Assembly: GCA_035550155.1 (NCBI GenBank)
Contig: DASZPW010000159.1
Span: 1 to 46,087 of the forward strand
Direction: 5' to 3'
Length of the DNA: 46,087 nucleotides
DNA from: Chitinophagaceae bacterium
GTDB lineage: Bacteria; Bacteroidota; Bacteroidia; Chitinophagales; Chitinophagaceae
Shown in pieces: positions 1 through 10,551 of the stretch. A program made the position numbers and the translations under genes. Within the stretch, counting starts at the first letter, position 1; every line of letters starts with the position of its first letter. A model generated the notes under the pieces. The model had not been told where the DNA came from. It saw only the letters and a program-made list of their open reading frames with translations, and did not search any database.

Positions 1-681
1 ATGGCCATTCAAAAATTTGGTGGTGGAATGAACCACGAAGTCGACACCGAACCGAAAAGGTTGTTGCAGGTAAGGTGTGGCAAAAGTATTATCGCAGGCA
101 GTGATTAAATTATATTGCTTTGCCAGTTTCGTTAAAGCCTCAATGTCCACACATTGAATAGTTGGGTTGGCGGGAGTTTCGATATAAAGCATCCGGATAG
201 CTTTATCTTTTTTCAGCCATTCTTCGGCTTTGTTCACATCACGCAGGTCTGCGATGATAGCGCTGATGCCCAGCGGTGGTAAAACTTTTGTGATTAATTC
301 TTCCGTTCCTCCATACAATGAAAAATGAGTTAGTATCTTATCGCCGGGCTTCAAAGTAGCCAGCATCAGGGTGGTGATAGCCGCCATACCCGATGCGTGA
401 AGAATTCCTTTGGCTTGTACCGGCGATCCGTTGTATTCAACTCCGAAAGTTTCCAGTGCAGCGATCTTATTTTCTGCTTCGGTAAAAGTGGGATTGCCCC
501 AGCGGGAATAAATATAACCTTCTTCTTTGCCGCTGAACCGCCGCATGCCTTGTTCTGCTTCATCGTATACAAATGTGCTGCTGGCATAAATGGGAACGAG
601 GTGGGCATAATTCGGATCCTGCTTATGGCCGCTATGTACTGCTACCGATCCCCAACCCGTAAGTGGAAAACTTTTATCCAT
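1..681 (-). CDS. PLP-dependent transsulfuration enzyme (O-acetylhomoserine sulfhydrylase / cystathionine gamma-synthase family); N-terminal 227 codons, gene runs off the left edge
   Basis: Absent from the ORF track because it is open at the window edge. The reverse-complement translation from ATG 681-679 reads MDKSFPLTGWGSVAVHSGHKQDPNYAHLVPIYASSTFVYDEAEQGMR...RFGVDFVVHSTTKFLNGH and stays in frame to base 1. It contains the S-T-T-K PLP-lysine motif of Cys/Met-metabolism enzymes. Confidence 0.8.
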   Translation of the reverse strand, partial: MDKSFPLTGWGSVAVHSGHKQDPNYAHLVPIYASSTFVYDEAEQGMRRFSGKEEGYIYSRWGNPTFTEAENKIAALETFGVEYNGSPVQAKGILHASGMAAITTLMLATLKPGDKILTHFSLYGGTEELITKVLPPLGISAIIADLRDVNKAEEWLKKDKAIRMLYIETPANPTIQCVDIEALTKLAKQYNLITACDNTFATPYLQQPFRFGVDFVVHSTTKFLNGH

Positions 682-694
682 TATCAATGTTTTG

Positions 695-714
695 ATCCCG
701 ATATTTATCGGGAT
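695..714. repeat. Short palindromic hairpin, member 1 of the ATCCCGAT-N4-ATCGGGAT family
   Basis: atcccgat-attt-atcgggat forms a perfect 8-bp stem with a 4-nt loop. It lies in the divergent intergenic region between the metY-like gene and the dinB-family gene. Confidence 0.7.
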
Positions 715-793
715 TGAAATTTTATAAATGATTTTATCAAAGACTTCAATAAAGTCCAAAAGTAGAAGATTTCATACGTTCATCCATAAAACT

Positions 794-812
794 ATCCCGA
801 TAGCTTCGGGAT
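794..812. repeat. Short palindromic hairpin, member 2 of the same family
   Basis: atcccga-tagct-tcgggat forms a 7-bp stem with a 5-nt loop. It ends 14 nt upstream of the dinB-family ATG at 827. Confidence 0.7.
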
Positions 813-826
813 CACAGAAATCAGCT

Positions 827-1321
827 ATGAAAGAAATGTTGCAACAACTGGCTGTGTATAATTTCTGGGCCAACCAGCGGATGTTTGAAACGATCCTCAT
901 TTTGCCTGAAGAAAAACAAAAGGCTGAAGTACCCAGCAGTTTCAAAAGTATTTATGCTACTATACTGCATATGTGGAATGCGGAAAGTGTATGGTGGCAG
1001 CGTATGAAATTGCAGGAAAGAATTTCTGCGCCATCCGAATTTTTCAAAGGCTCCATGCAGGAGTTGACTATTGAATTATTGCAACAAAACCGTCAATGGA
1101 TAGAATGGATCAATGCTGCTTCTGAAGCAGCGCTGGATCATGTATTCCAATACCAGACTTCGAGGAAAGAACAATTTAAGCAACCGATCTCCCAGATGTT
1201 ACTACATGTTTTCAATCACGGCACTTATCATCGTGGACAATTGGTGAATATGCTCCGGCAATTAGAAGTAGAAAAAATTCCGCAGACAGATTTTATTGTA
1301 TGGTCCCGGATGAAGCGATGA
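827..1321 (+). CDS. DinB-family (DinB/YfiT-like) metal-binding four-helix-bundle protein
   Basis: Track ORF 728..1321. The family-like sequence starts at the internal ATG 827 (MKEMLQQLAVYNFWANQRM...). It carries LHMWNAESVWWQRM and HVFNHGTYHRGQLVNMLRQL, a His-triad pattern. The upstream 33 codons overlap hairpin 794-812 and look non-coding. Confidence 0.8.
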   Translation: MKEMLQQLAVYNFWANQRMFETILILPEEKQKAEVPSSFKSIYATILHMWNAESVWWQRMKLQERISAPSEFFKGSMQELTIELLQQNRQWIEWINAASEAALDHVFQYQTSRKEQFKQPISQMLLHVFNHGTYHRGQLVNMLRQLEVEKIPQTDFIVWSRMKR

Positions 1322-1344
1322 TGAAACTTAACTAAGCCGAATTT

Positions 1345-2337
1345 TTAATACGCCCATTTCAGCAATGTGGCTCCCCATGTGAATCCACCACCAAAAGCAG
1401 CCAGAACAATATTATCTCCTTTCTTCAATTGTTTTTCCCAATCCCAGAGGCAAAGTGGAATAGTTCCGGCAGTAGTATTGCCATAACGCTGAATGTTGAG
1501 CATTACTTTTTCAGGAGACAGTCCCATACGATGTGCAGTGGCATCAATGATTCTTTTATTTGCCTGGTGTGGCACCAACCATGCAATATCAGCGCCGGTC
1601 AGATTATTTCGTTGCAACAATTCCTCGCTTACGTCTGCCATTCCTTTTACTACAAATTTGAAAACAGCCTGTCCTTCCTGGTACACATAATGTTCTTTTG
1701 CCATTACGGTTTCGATACTAGCCGGTTTCTTTGAACCACCTGCTTTCATATGCAAGTACTGGCAACCGCTTCCATCACTTTTTAAAATACTGTCAAGTAT
1801 TCCGAATCCTTCTTCATTTGGTTCCAGCAACACCGCCCCGGCGCCATCCCCAAAAATGATACAGGTTGCACGATCGCTGTAATCAATGATCGCACTCATT
1901 TTATCCGAACCAACGACCACAACTTTTTTGTATCGTCCGCTTTCGATCAAAGCTGCACCGGTGGTTAATGAATATAAAAATCCGGAACAGGCAGCAGACA
2001 CATCAAAGCCCCATGCATTTTTTGCGCCTAATTTATCGCAGGCAATATTTGCAGTGGCAGGAAAAACCATGTCGGGAGTGACGGTGCCCACGATCAGGCA
2101 ATCAATTTCCATCGGGTCCATTCCTCTTTTTCTGCACAAATCCTGAACTGCGGGAACTACCATATCAGAATTTGCCAATCCTGCACCCTTCAGGATCCTT
2201 CTTTCTTCAATTCCGGTTCGTGTACGGATCCATTCATCGTTGGTATCTACCATTTTTTCCAAATCAAAATTGGTGAGTTTATCTGGCGGCACATATCCTC
2301 CGACTGCAGTTATGGCGGCAGTGATCTTTTTACTCAT
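1345..2337 (-). CDS. fabH: 3-oxoacyl-ACP synthase III (beta-ketoacyl-ACP synthase III)
   Basis: 330 aa. Diagnostic segments are [35 protein letters not shown], the active-site AACSGF, HQAN, and [10 protein letters not shown]...FGGGFTWGA. Confidence 0.95.
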   Translation of the reverse strand: MSKKITAAITAVGGYVPPDKLTNFDLEKMVDTNDEWIRTRTGIEERRILKGAGLANSDMVVPAVQDLCRKRGMDPMEIDCLIVGTVTPDMVFPATANIACDKLGAKNAWGFDVSAACSGFLYSLTTGAALIESGRYKKVVVVGSDKMSAIIDYSDRATCIIFGDGAGAVLLEPNEEGFGILDSILKSDGSGCQYLHMKAGGSKKPASIETVMAKEHYVYQEGQAVFKFVVKGMADVSEELLQRNNLTGADIAWLVPHQANKRIIDATAHRMGLSPEKVMLNIQRYGNTTAGTIPLCLWDWEKQLKKGDNIVLAAFGGGFTWGATLLKWAY

Positions 2338-2368
2338 CTGCTGGTTGTTTTAAATAAAATATTGCGGG

Positions 2369-2376
2369 CAAAGGTA
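2369..2376 (-). promoter_or_regulatory. Candidate Bacteroidota sigma-A -7 box (TACCTTTG) for fabH
   Basis: The minus strand reads TACCTTTG, matching the TAnnTTTG consensus, 31 nt upstream of the fabH ATG. Confidence 0.45.
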
Positions 2377-2494
2377 AGGAAAGAGTCGAGAGTCAGTAGT
2401 CGGGAATCAGTATTCAGTAGATAAGTAGTATAGCTGATAATTGACTCCTGGCTCGATACAAATGGCTCCTGACTTTTCCCTTATTTTCGCATAT

Positions 2495-3079
2495 ATGATC
2501 GCATATCTCAATGGCAAATTTGTTTATAAATCTCCGGCAGTCGTGCATGTGGATGTGAACGGAGTGGGATATGAAGTGCAGATCAGCCTGAATACCTACT
2601 CAAAGATCCGGGATATGGAAAAAGGAACGCTGCACACTTGTTTGTTGATCCGTGAAGATGCACATACTCTCTATGGTTTTTTTGATCCGGCAGAAAAAGA
2701 AATATTCCTGCAATTGATCAGTGTGTCCGGTATTGGTGCATCTACTGCAAGAGCCATGCTTTCTTTTATGAAACCGGATGATTTGGTTCGTGCCATTGTG
2801 CAAGCTGATTTTAAAACACTGGAAAACATAAAAGGGATCGGTAAAAAGACTGCTGAAAGGCTGGTGGTGGAACTGCGGGATAAACTGGCCAAACATAGTT
2901 TTGAAACAAATATTTCTCCTCTGAAACACAATACTTTGCATCAGGATGCGTTAAATGCTCTATTGGCACTTGGCATCAGCAGATTGGCTGCTGATCAGGC
3001 CATTACGAAAGCAATGCAATCCGACCCTACTCTGAACAAAATTGAAGACATCATCAAACTAGCTTTAAAAAGGTTATAG
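2495..3079 (+). CDS. ruvA: Holliday junction branch-migration complex subunit RuvA
   Basis: Track ORF 2441..3079. The internal ATG at 2495 gives the canonical N-terminus MIAYLNGKFVYKSPAVVHVDVNGVGYEVQISL. HhH motifs SGIGASTA and IKGIGKKTAERL are present. Confidence 0.9.
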   Translation: MIAYLNGKFVYKSPAVVHVDVNGVGYEVQISLNTYSKIRDMEKGTLHTCLLIREDAHTLYGFFDPAEKEIFLQLISVSGIGASTARAMLSFMKPDDLVRAIVQADFKTLENIKGIGKKTAERLVVELRDKLAKHSFETNISPLKHNTLHQDALNALLALGISRLAADQAITKAMQSDPTLNKIEDIIKLALKRL

Positions 3080-3125
3080 CCTATCGCATCAAATTGTACT
3101 TAACTAATTGACCGGGAAATAGACG

Positions 3126-6100
3126 TTGAACCTTAGAACTAACAACATATTCCGTACGTTGGTAACTGCTGCCATTGTCTTTACCTTTTCATCCCAGGTA
3201 CATGGCCGTTTTTACAACATCCCTCTTCCACAAAACAAGGAAACAGGAAAGGATACTACTATTTATCCCCTCCAGGACCGCCGTGGCGATCCCTACAGTT
3301 ATCCCAACAGAAACCCGTTTGATTTTAAAGACACCGCATTTGTAAAACGAAATGTTGAATACGATCCCAAAACCAGGCAGTATTATATCATTGAAAAGAT
3401 CGGATCACAATATTATCGTACACCAGTTTCTTTTTCCATGCAGGATTTTATCCGCATGCAGGGGCAAAAAGATGAAGATGATTATTTCCGCAAGAGAGCT
3501 GATCTGTTATCGGATATGAATCGCCGGTTGTTCAAACCAAAATTCAAAGTATCAAATGATTGGTTCAACCGGATAGTGGGTACCGGAAAAGTGGAGATAA
3601 AACCTACCGGGTTTGTGGAATTAACTGCCGGTTACCAGGGGCAAAATGTAGAAAATCCAACGTTGCCGGAAAGAGCGAGGAAAAATGGCGGTTTGGATTT
3701 CAATATGAATTCTCAACTGCAGGTGGAAGGTAATATCGGCGATAAACTGAAACTACCGATCAATTATAATACACTTGCCAATTTTGAATATGAGAATCAA
3801 CTGAAGCTGGACTATCACGGCCGTGATGATGAGATCTTAAAATCATTCCAGGCGGGCAATGTCAATTTTACTTCCAAGGGAACTTTGATACCCGGAGCAC
3901 AATCATTATTTGGTGTGAAGGCTCAAATGCAATTTGGAAAACTGTTCGTAACAACCGTGCTTGCTAATCAAAGAGCCCAACGTCAAACACTTGGTCTGCA
4001 GGGCGGTGCCGCTTCGCAAAATTTTAAATTGAAAGCCGATGAATACGAAGAGAACAGGCACTTTTTACTGGCACAATATTTCAAAAACAATTTCAATAAG
4101 GCAATGAAGCAATTGCCTGTTGTGAATTCTCCGGTGCAGATACTTCGGATGGAAGTATGGGTTACTAATCGCAACGGCACTACTACTGATACCAGGGATG
4201 TGGTAGCATTAATGGATCTTGGTGAAGGACAACCGTATGGACCCTGGGGCGGAACAGGAAACCCCAATACATTACCGAGCAATGGAGCAAATAATCTTTA
4301 TTCATTATTGGCCGGCCCTTCCGGCACCCGGAATTCCAGCACTATTCAAAGTTATCTGACTGGCCAGGGATTAGTGCCGGTGCAGGATTTTGAAAAAACA
4401 TTTGCAAGAAAATTGCAGCCGACTGAATATTATTTTAACCCGCAGATCGGATTTTTATCGTTGAATCAGCCGCTGCAACCTGATGAAGTGTTAGGCGTGG
4501 CATTTCAATATACCTACAATGGAAGAGTATACCAGGTGGGAGAATTTTCACAGGACGTTCCACCGGATAGTACAGGTGGTTCTCAAAAAGTTTTATTCCT
4601 GAAATTGCTGAAAGCTACTTCTCAAAGAACCAATCTTCCTATCTGGGGATTGATGATGAAAAATGTGTACTCGGTTGGTTTTGGCCAGTTGGAGCGGCAG
4701 GATTTTTCATTGGATGTTTTGTATGATGAACCCAGTCTTGGTCAAAAAAGATATTTGCCGCCTGCTGATATTTCTGATCCTTACAAGGGAGCGCCGATAC
4801 TTTCATTAACAAACCTGGATCGTTTAAACAATCAAAATGATCCACAGCCGGATGGTATATTCGATTTTATTGAGGGATTCACGGTGATCTCTTCGCAGAG
4901 TCGCATCATTTTCCCGGTGCTGGAACCTTTTGGCCATGATCTGGATTATGTGTACAGCGGGCCGGACAGTTTAACACAACGAGCCAAGTATTTGTATTAT
5001 CCATTGTATGATACGATCAAAGCTATCGCACAAACCTATGCTAACCTGGACCGGTTCATTATTTCAGGCAGATCCAAATCTGCCGGACCAACCGGAGATT
5101 ATCAGTTAGGATATAATATTCCGAAAGGCTCCGTGATTGTAACAGCAGGCGGACAAGTGCTGCAGGAAAATGTAGATTATGAAATCAATTACGACCTGGG
5201 TACGTTACATATCACCAATCCATCTATTCTGGCTTCGGGTGTTCCGGTAAATGTCCAATATGAAAACCAGGCAGCATTCGGATTACAGCAAAGAAACTAT
5301 ATGGGACTTCGGTTGGATTATGCAGCGAATAAACATTTGAATGTTGGAGGTACCATTGTGCGATTAGGCGAACGGCCCTTTTTTGTAAAACAGGGATACG
5401 GTGAAGATCCTATTCGTAATACCATGTTTGGAATGGATGCTGATTATCATAATGATCTTCCGCGATTAACCAAGCTGCTCAATAAACTTCCATTTTATTC
5501 TACAAAAGCGATGTCATCAGTGACTGCTTATGCAGAAGCAGCAGTGTTAAAACCGGGACATGCTCCTCAAATCGGAAAAGGAAATAACGGATCTATTTAC
5601 ATCGATGATTTCGAAGGAACGCAATCTCCCATTGATCTGCGTTTCCCGCTTATCAGCTGGACACTGGCATCAGTTCCCGAGGGAAATGGATTATTTCCTG
5701 AATCGGCATTGAACAACGATCTGCAGAGCGGATACAACAGGGCAAAATTGGCCTGGTACAATATCGAACCTGTATTGCAGGAAAAAGGTGTTGCCAATAA
5801 TCCATTAGGCCATAATCTTGATGAATTATCAAAGCCGGAAACAAGGCAGGTGTTGCAGCAGGAAATATTTCCCAATAGCAGTACCGACCTGGGCCAGGGA
5901 TTACTGACCACATTTGACCTGGCATTTTACCCACAGGAAAAAGGACCTTATAATTATGAATATAGAAACGGTAGAATAGATGCCAATGGAAAATTGCTGA
6001 ATCCGACACAATCCTGGGGTGGTATCATGCGGGGATTAGATCAAACAGATTTTGAGACCGGCAACATTGGATACATCCAGTTTTGGCTGCAGGATCCTTT

Positions 6101-9100
6101 TATTTCACATCCGAACAGCCAGGGCGGACAATTATATTTTAATCTCGGTGATATTTCTGAAGATGTACTGAAAGACGGTAAGAGGCAATATGAAAACGGG
6201 TTGCCAACTCCAACGAACAATGCACCGGTAGATAGCAGCACTGTCTGGGGCAAAGTGCCTTCCAATCCTTTACAGGTTACCAATGCTTTCAGCAATAATC
6301 CCGATGACCGTAAATACCAGGACGTAGGTTTTGATGGATTGTCTGATGACGAAGAAGAACGGAAATTCAATAATTACCTCAGCAGCCTGCAAACCAATTT
6401 CGGATCCAATTCATTGATCTATCAAAAAGCATTGAGTGATCCGTCCGGCGATGACTTCAAGCCATATCGTGATGCATCCTATGATCAGCAGAATGCCGGA
6501 ATTTTACAACGATACAAAGACATCAATAATCCACAGGGCAACTCGCCGGTTGCTGATAACAACAGCCAGTTCGTAAATGCATTTACCCAATATCCCGATG
6601 CGGAGGAATTGAACAGGGATAACACATTAAATGAAGTAGAAGAATATTTTCAATACAAAGTGGATCTTGCTCCGAATATGGCGGTAGGAAGTAATTTCAT
6701 TACAGATAAACGTACGGTGAATGTCACTTTAGCTAATGGCAGTACCCGCAGCGAAACATGGTATCTCTTCCGGATTCCGGTAGATCAATATCAGATGAAA
6801 GTGGGAAATATTCCTGACTTTAAATCCATTCGTTTCATCCGCATGTTTGTGACCGGTTTCCAGGATTCAGCCGTGGTCATGCGTTTCGGTAAATTGGAAC
6901 TGATAAGAAATCAATGGCGCAAATTCACCTATAATATTGATACGACAGATATGTACACCAATCTGCCGGCGAATGATCCTACAACACTGAATACCCTTGC
7001 CGTAAATGTAGAAGAGAATGATCAGCGTCAGCCGATTCCCTATCGTATTCCTCCCGGCATTGAACGGCAACAGGAACTCAGCAATAATAATGTGCAGTTG
7101 TTCCTGAATGAGCAGGCACTTAGTGTTCAGATCTGTGGTTTGCCCAAAGGCGAATCACGTGGAGTCTTCAAAACTACGAACCTGGACATGCGTCAATATG
7201 GAAGATTGCTGATGTTCATACATGCCGAATCTGTACAGGGAGCACAACAGTTGCAAGATGGAGACCTGAATGCCGTGATACGGCTGGGCAGTGATTTTGT
7301 CGGAAATTATTACGAAATAAAAATTCCGCTGAAGATAACTCCGTTTGGTTCTACAGATTCATTGGCAATATGGCCTGCACAAAATAATCTTGATTTTGAT
7401 CTGGACATTCTCACCAAACTCAAAATGGCCAGGAATAAGTTAGGAATACCAACGTCCCAATATTACAGCGAAACACAAGCCGATGGACGATCGTATGCGA
7501 TCATCGGTAATCCTAACCTGGGAGAAGTGGAGGGCATATTGCTGTCAGTACAAAATGCAAAATTAGAATCGGCCTGCACGGAAGTGTGGTTCAATGAACT
7601 TCGATTTGATCACCTGAATGAAAAAGGAGGGTGGGCTGCCCTGGCCCGGGCAGACTGGCGGCTTGCCGATCTTGGAACATTCAGCATTTCGGGAACGGCA
7701 AAAAGTAATGGCTTTGGTACATTGGAACAACGGGTGAATGAAAGGAGTAAAGAAGATCTGTACACATTTGATATTTCTACTACAATTGATGCCGGAAAGT
7801 TATTGCCCAAAAAGGCAGGCATTCAGGTTCCTGTGTATGCGGGTATCAGCCGCAGCAGCAGCACACCGTTGTACGATCCTTTGGATCTTGACATTACTTT
7901 AAATGATAAATTGAAAGCGGCGTCATCAGGAAAGGAAAAAGACTCTATCCGGAGCCAGGCGGAGGATGTCACCAGCATTAAAACATTTAACCTGACCAAT
8001 GTCAGAAAAATAAAAACGGATGGCAAACAACCGAAGATCTGGAGCGTTACGAATTTCAATTTTGATTATTCTTATATCGAAACACAACATCACAGCCCGC
8101 TGATTGAAAATGATGAATTGCGAAGAACAAGAGGAGCGTTGACCTATAATTATGCGCCACAACCAAAATTTATCGAGCCGTTTAAAAAATTATTAAAGTC
8201 ACGGTCACCATGGCTGGCGTTGATAAAAGATTTCAATTTTAGTTATACGCCGTCACAAATTTCTTTTAAAGCAGATGTATTCCGCCAGTTCGGTGCCACA
8301 CGAATTCGCAATATCGGCGGCGGACCATATAAAATACCGGAGACGTACAACAAATACTTTACGTTCGATCGTTATTATATCCTGCAATGGAGTTTGACCC
8401 GATCGCTGGCATTGGATTTCAGCGCAACCAATAATGCCAGGATCGATGAACCTTTCGGAAGAATTGATACGAAAGAGAAAAAAGATTCTGTAAGAAAGAA
8501 TTTTTTTAAAGGGGGAAGAAATACTCAATACAGCCAGCAAGCTACGTTGACATATAATCTTCCCACGCAAAAAATACCCCTGCTAAGCTGGACCTCTGTT
8601 CGGGCATCGTACCAGGCAAAATACAACTGGCTTGCAGCATCTTTATTGGCAAAGGATCTCGGAAATACTTTATCTAACACACAAACAAAATCTCTGAATG
8701 GCGAATTCAGGTTTGAGGAATTATATAACAAATGGAAATTCCTGAGAGCAGTGAACATGGATGCGCCTAAACAAAAACCTGCCACCAACATATCAGATAA
8801 ATCCAATAATGCTGTAAAAAATAAAGCAGATTCATTAGCCGCAAAGCAAAAAAAGATCAAAGACCCCAATGCATTGCCACAGATATCTGCCGTGCCAAAA
8901 TTCTTTTTACGACTACTTACTTCTTTGAAGCGGGTAGGTATTCAATACACCGAAGATTTCGGAACTATGTTGCCGGGATATATGGACAGTACCAAAATTC
9001 TGGGTTCTGATCTCAGGAGCAGAGAACCGGGTTTTGGATTTATTTTCGGTTATCAACCCGATACAAGCTGGATCAACCGCATGGGAACAAAAGGATTGTT

Positions 9101-10319
9101 GTCACATGATTCGCTCGTGAATACTTTGATACAACAGCGATATAATCAGCGGCTGAATGTTACGGCCCAGGTCAGCCCATGGAGAGACTTGACCATTGAC
9201 ATCAACCTGGATAAAACTTTTGATAAACAATATTCTGAATTGGATAAGGATACTACCGGATCAGCAGGTATTACAAGATTTAATCCGTATGCTGCAGGAA
9301 GTTTCAGCGTTAGCTATATTTCTTACCAAACCTTGTTCAAAAAATTTGATCCGAATATTGTTTCCGAAACTTTTAAACAATTTGAAGCAAACCGGGCAGC
9401 ATTATCCAATAAACTGGCGTTGGCGAATCCATATTCCGGCGGCACTGTTGATCCCAACGATCCTCAATATTATGTTGGATACGGACGCTATGCACAGGAA
9501 GTAGTGATCCCGGCATTTTTAGCAGCCTACCGCAATAAAGATCCGTTGACTATTTCGGGTATCAAGAATGGAAATCCGAATCTGCGGTTTAATCCGTTCT
9601 CCGGAATAATACCGAAACCAAACTGGGCATTGACCTATACCGGGCTTTCCCGTCTGAAAGGTTTGAATAAGATATTCACCAATTTCACATTACGCCATGG
9701 CTATCACAGCACACTTAGCATGAACAGCTTCAATACAGCTTTGTTATTTGAAGACCCGCTGCGTGTTGGATATCCTTATTTTAAAGATACACTTACGGGC
9801 AACTACATACCTTACTTCTTGGTGCCTAATGTGACAATACAGGAAGCATTTGATCCATTACTGGAAATGGACATGACTTTTACCAACCAGCTTTCATTGA
9901 GATTTGAATATAAAAAGAGCCGTCAATTAAGCCTGAGTCTTCTCGATTATCAATTGGCAGAGAACCGTTCTACCGAGGTGACTGTTGGTGTGAACTGGCG
10001 GAAAAAAGGTATTCCGATTTTAAAGAATATTCCGATTGGAAAAAATGGAAAGAAACTGGACAATGATGTTACGTTCAGATTTGATTTTTCATTGCGTGAT
10101 GACGCAACAGCTAACAGCAAACTGGATCAGAAGACATCCTATGGTACTGCTGGCCAAAAAGCCATTCACATTGCGCCTTCCATTGATTATGTATTAAACA
10201 CTAGGGTACAGCTCCAACTGTATTTCCAGCAGGATCGTACCATTCCTAAGATCAGTAATTCTTTCCCGATCACGAATACAAGAGCAGGTGTAAAAGTGAG
10301 AATATCCCTGGCGCAATAA
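3126..10319 (+). CDS. sprA: T9SS translocon / gliding-motility protein SprA
   Basis: 2397-aa ORF with a TTG start followed by a signal peptide (MNLRTNNIFRTLVTAAIVFTFSSQVHG). Its size, the N-terminal DRRGDPYS...NPFDFKD region and its beta-rich composition are typical of SprA. It lies 46 nt downstream of ruvA on the same strand. Confidence 0.85.
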   Translation: MNLRTNNIFRTLVTAAIVFTFSSQVHGRFYNIPLPQNKETGKDTTIYPLQDRRGDPYSYPNRNPFDFKDTAFVKRNVEYDPKTRQYYIIEKIGSQYYRTPVSFSMQDFIRMQGQKDEDDYFRKRADLLSDMNRRLFKPKFKVSNDWFNRIVGTGKVEIKPTGFVELTAGYQGQNVENPTLPERARKNGGLDFNMNSQLQVEGNIGDKLKLPINYNTLANFEYENQLKLDYHGRDDEILKSFQAGNVNFTSKGTLIPGAQSLFGVKAQMQFGKLFVTTVLANQRAQRQTLGLQGGAASQNFKLKADEYEENRHFLLAQYFKNNFNKAMKQLPVVNSPVQILRMEVWVTNRNGTTTDTRDVVALMDLGEGQPYGPWGGTGNPNTLPSNGANNLYSLLAGPSGTRNSSTIQSYLTGQGLVPVQDFEKTFARKLQPTEYYFNPQIGFLSLNQPLQPDEVLGVAFQYTYNGRVYQVGEFSQDVPPDSTGGSQKVLFLKLLKATSQRTNLPIWGLMMKNVYSVGFGQLERQDFSLDVLYDEPSLGQKRYLPPADISDPYKGAPILSLTNLDRLNNQNDPQPDGIFDFIEGFTVISSQSRIIFPVLEPFGHDLDYVYSGPDSLTQRAKYLYYPLYDTIKAIAQTYANLDRFIISGRSKSAGPTGDYQLGYNIPKGSVIVTAGGQVLQENVDYEINYDLGTLHITNPSILASGVPVNVQYENQAAFGLQQRNYMGLRLDYAANKHLNVGGTIVRLGERPFFVKQGYGEDPIRNTMFGMDADYHNDLPRLTKLLNKLPFYSTKAMSSVTAYAEAAVLKPGHAPQIGKGNNGSIYIDDFEGTQSPIDLRFPLISWTLASVPEGNGLFPESALNNDLQSGYNRAKLAWYNIEPVLQEKGVANNPLGHNLDELSKPETRQVLQQEIFPNSSTDLGQGLLTTFDLAFYPQEKGPYNYEYRNGRIDANGKLLNPTQSWGGIMRGLDQTDFETGNIGYIQFWLQDPFISHPNSQGGQLYFNLGDISEDVLKDGKRQYENGLPTPTNNAPVDSSTVWGKVPSNPLQVTNAFSNNPDDRKYQDVGFDGLSDDEEERKFNNYLSSLQTNFGSNSLIYQKALSDPSGDDFKPYRDASYDQQNAGILQRYKDINNPQGNSPVADNNSQFVNAFTQYPDAEELNRDNTLNEVEEYFQYKVDLAPNMAVGSNFITDKRTVNVTLANGSTRSETWYLFRIPVDQYQMKVGNIPDFKSIRFIRMFVTGFQDSAVVMRFGKLELIRNQWRKFTYNIDTTDMYTNLPANDPTTLNTLAVNVEENDQRQPIPYRIPPGIERQQELSNNNVQLFLNEQALSVQICGLPKGESRGVFKTTNLDMRQYGRLLMFIHAESVQGAQQLQDGDLNAVIRLGSDFVGNYYEIKIPLKITPFGSTDSLAIWPAQNNLDFDLDILTKLKMARNKLGIPTSQYYSETQADGRSYAIIGNPNLGEVEGILLSVQNAKLESACTEVWFNELRFDHLNEKGGWAALARADWRLADLGTFSISGTAKSNGFGTLEQRVNERSKEDLYTFDISTTIDAGKLLPKKAGIQVPVYAGISRSSSTPLYDPLDLDITLNDKLKAASSGKEKDSIRSQAEDVTSIKTFNLTNVRKIKTDGKQPKIWSVTNFNFDYSYIETQHHSPLIENDELRRTRGALTYNYAPQPKFIEPFKKLLKSRSPWLALIKDFNFSYTPSQISFKADVFRQFGATRIRNIGGGPYKIPETYNKYFTFDRYYILQWSLTRSLALDFSATNNARIDEPFGRIDTKEKKDSVRKNFFKGGRNTQYSQQATLTYNLPTQKIPLLSWTSVRASYQAKYNWLAASLLAKDLGNTLSNTQTKSLNGEFRFEELYNKWKFLRAVNMDAPKQKPATNISDKSNNAVKNKADSLAAKQKKIKDPNALPQISAVPKFFLRLLTSLKRVGIQYTEDFGTMLPGYMDSTKILGSDLRSREPGFGFIFGYQPDTSWINRMGTKGLLSHDSLVNTLIQQRYNQRLNVTAQVSPWRDLTIDINLDKTFDKQYSELDKDTTGSAGITRFNPYAAGSFSVSYISYQTLFKKFDPNIVSETFKQFEANRAALSNKLALANPYSGGTVDPNDPQYYVGYGRYAQEVVIPAFLAAYRNKDPLTISGIKNGNPNLRFNPFSGIIPKPNWALTYTGLSRLKGLNKIFTNFTLRHGYHSTLSMNSFNTALLFEDPLRVGYPYFKDTLTGNYIPYFLVPNVTIQEAFDPLLEMDMTFTNQLSLRFEYKKSRQLSLSLLDYQLAENRSTEVTVGVNWRKKGIPILKNIPIGKNGKKLDNDVTFRFDFSLRDDATANSKLDQKTSYGTAGQKAIHIAPSIDYVLNTRVQLQLYFQQDRTIPKISNSFPITNTRAGVKVRISLAQ

Positions 10320-10536
10320 ATTAGATTCACTTCGATTTTATTTTAATTTAAGTGTTACATACCCCCTCTGCGGAATGATGTCATCTAAAATGTCATTTGT
10401 ATACCTACTTAGAACTAACCTTATTCATTTTATTGAAATACAGAAAGCTGATAAAAACCGGTCAGATATGTAGAAAGATCTTTAATGGGAACAAAATAGT
10501 TCAACCTGCTTACTGATCACAACCGGCAATAAAAAA

Positions 10537-10551
10537 ATCCGCATTGCGGAT
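10537..10551. terminator. Bidirectional hairpin terminator between convergent genes
   Basis: atccgc-att-gcggat forms a 6-bp stem flanked by an A-run (aaaaaaa) upstream and a T-run (cttttta) downstream. It sits between sprA (+) and the 164-aa ORF (-). Confidence 0.55.

Noticed and set aside
682-826. Possible SAM riboswitch upstream of the metY-like gene, and likewise B12 or NrdR elements upstream of nrdJ at 44879-44892.
   Set aside because: The intergenic spaces are too short (145 nt shared by two divergent promoters, and 14 nt before nrdJ). They lack the conserved cores of the SAM-I or cobalamin aptamers as far as I can read them.
2385-2436. Cluster of cagta/agtag short repeats (gagtcagtagtcgggaatcagtattcagtagataagtagtatagc) in the fabH-ruvA divergent intergenic region.
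   Set aside because: The units are only 5-7 nt long, irregularly spaced and imperfect. This is consistent with chance low complexity in a promoter region, and I cannot support a specific regulatory or CRISPR-like call.
3983-8869. Numerous 67-118-aa minus-strand ORFs in the track inside sprA. Similar antisense or out-of-frame ORFs lie inside fabH, guaB, the SusC/D genes, the HhH-barrel gene, prs and the E1 gene, for example 26480-26848 and 29087-29599.
   Set aside because: All are fully embedded in long ORFs with strong family-level protein signatures on the other strand or frame. They have no signal, motif or start-context support and are typical shadow ORFs.
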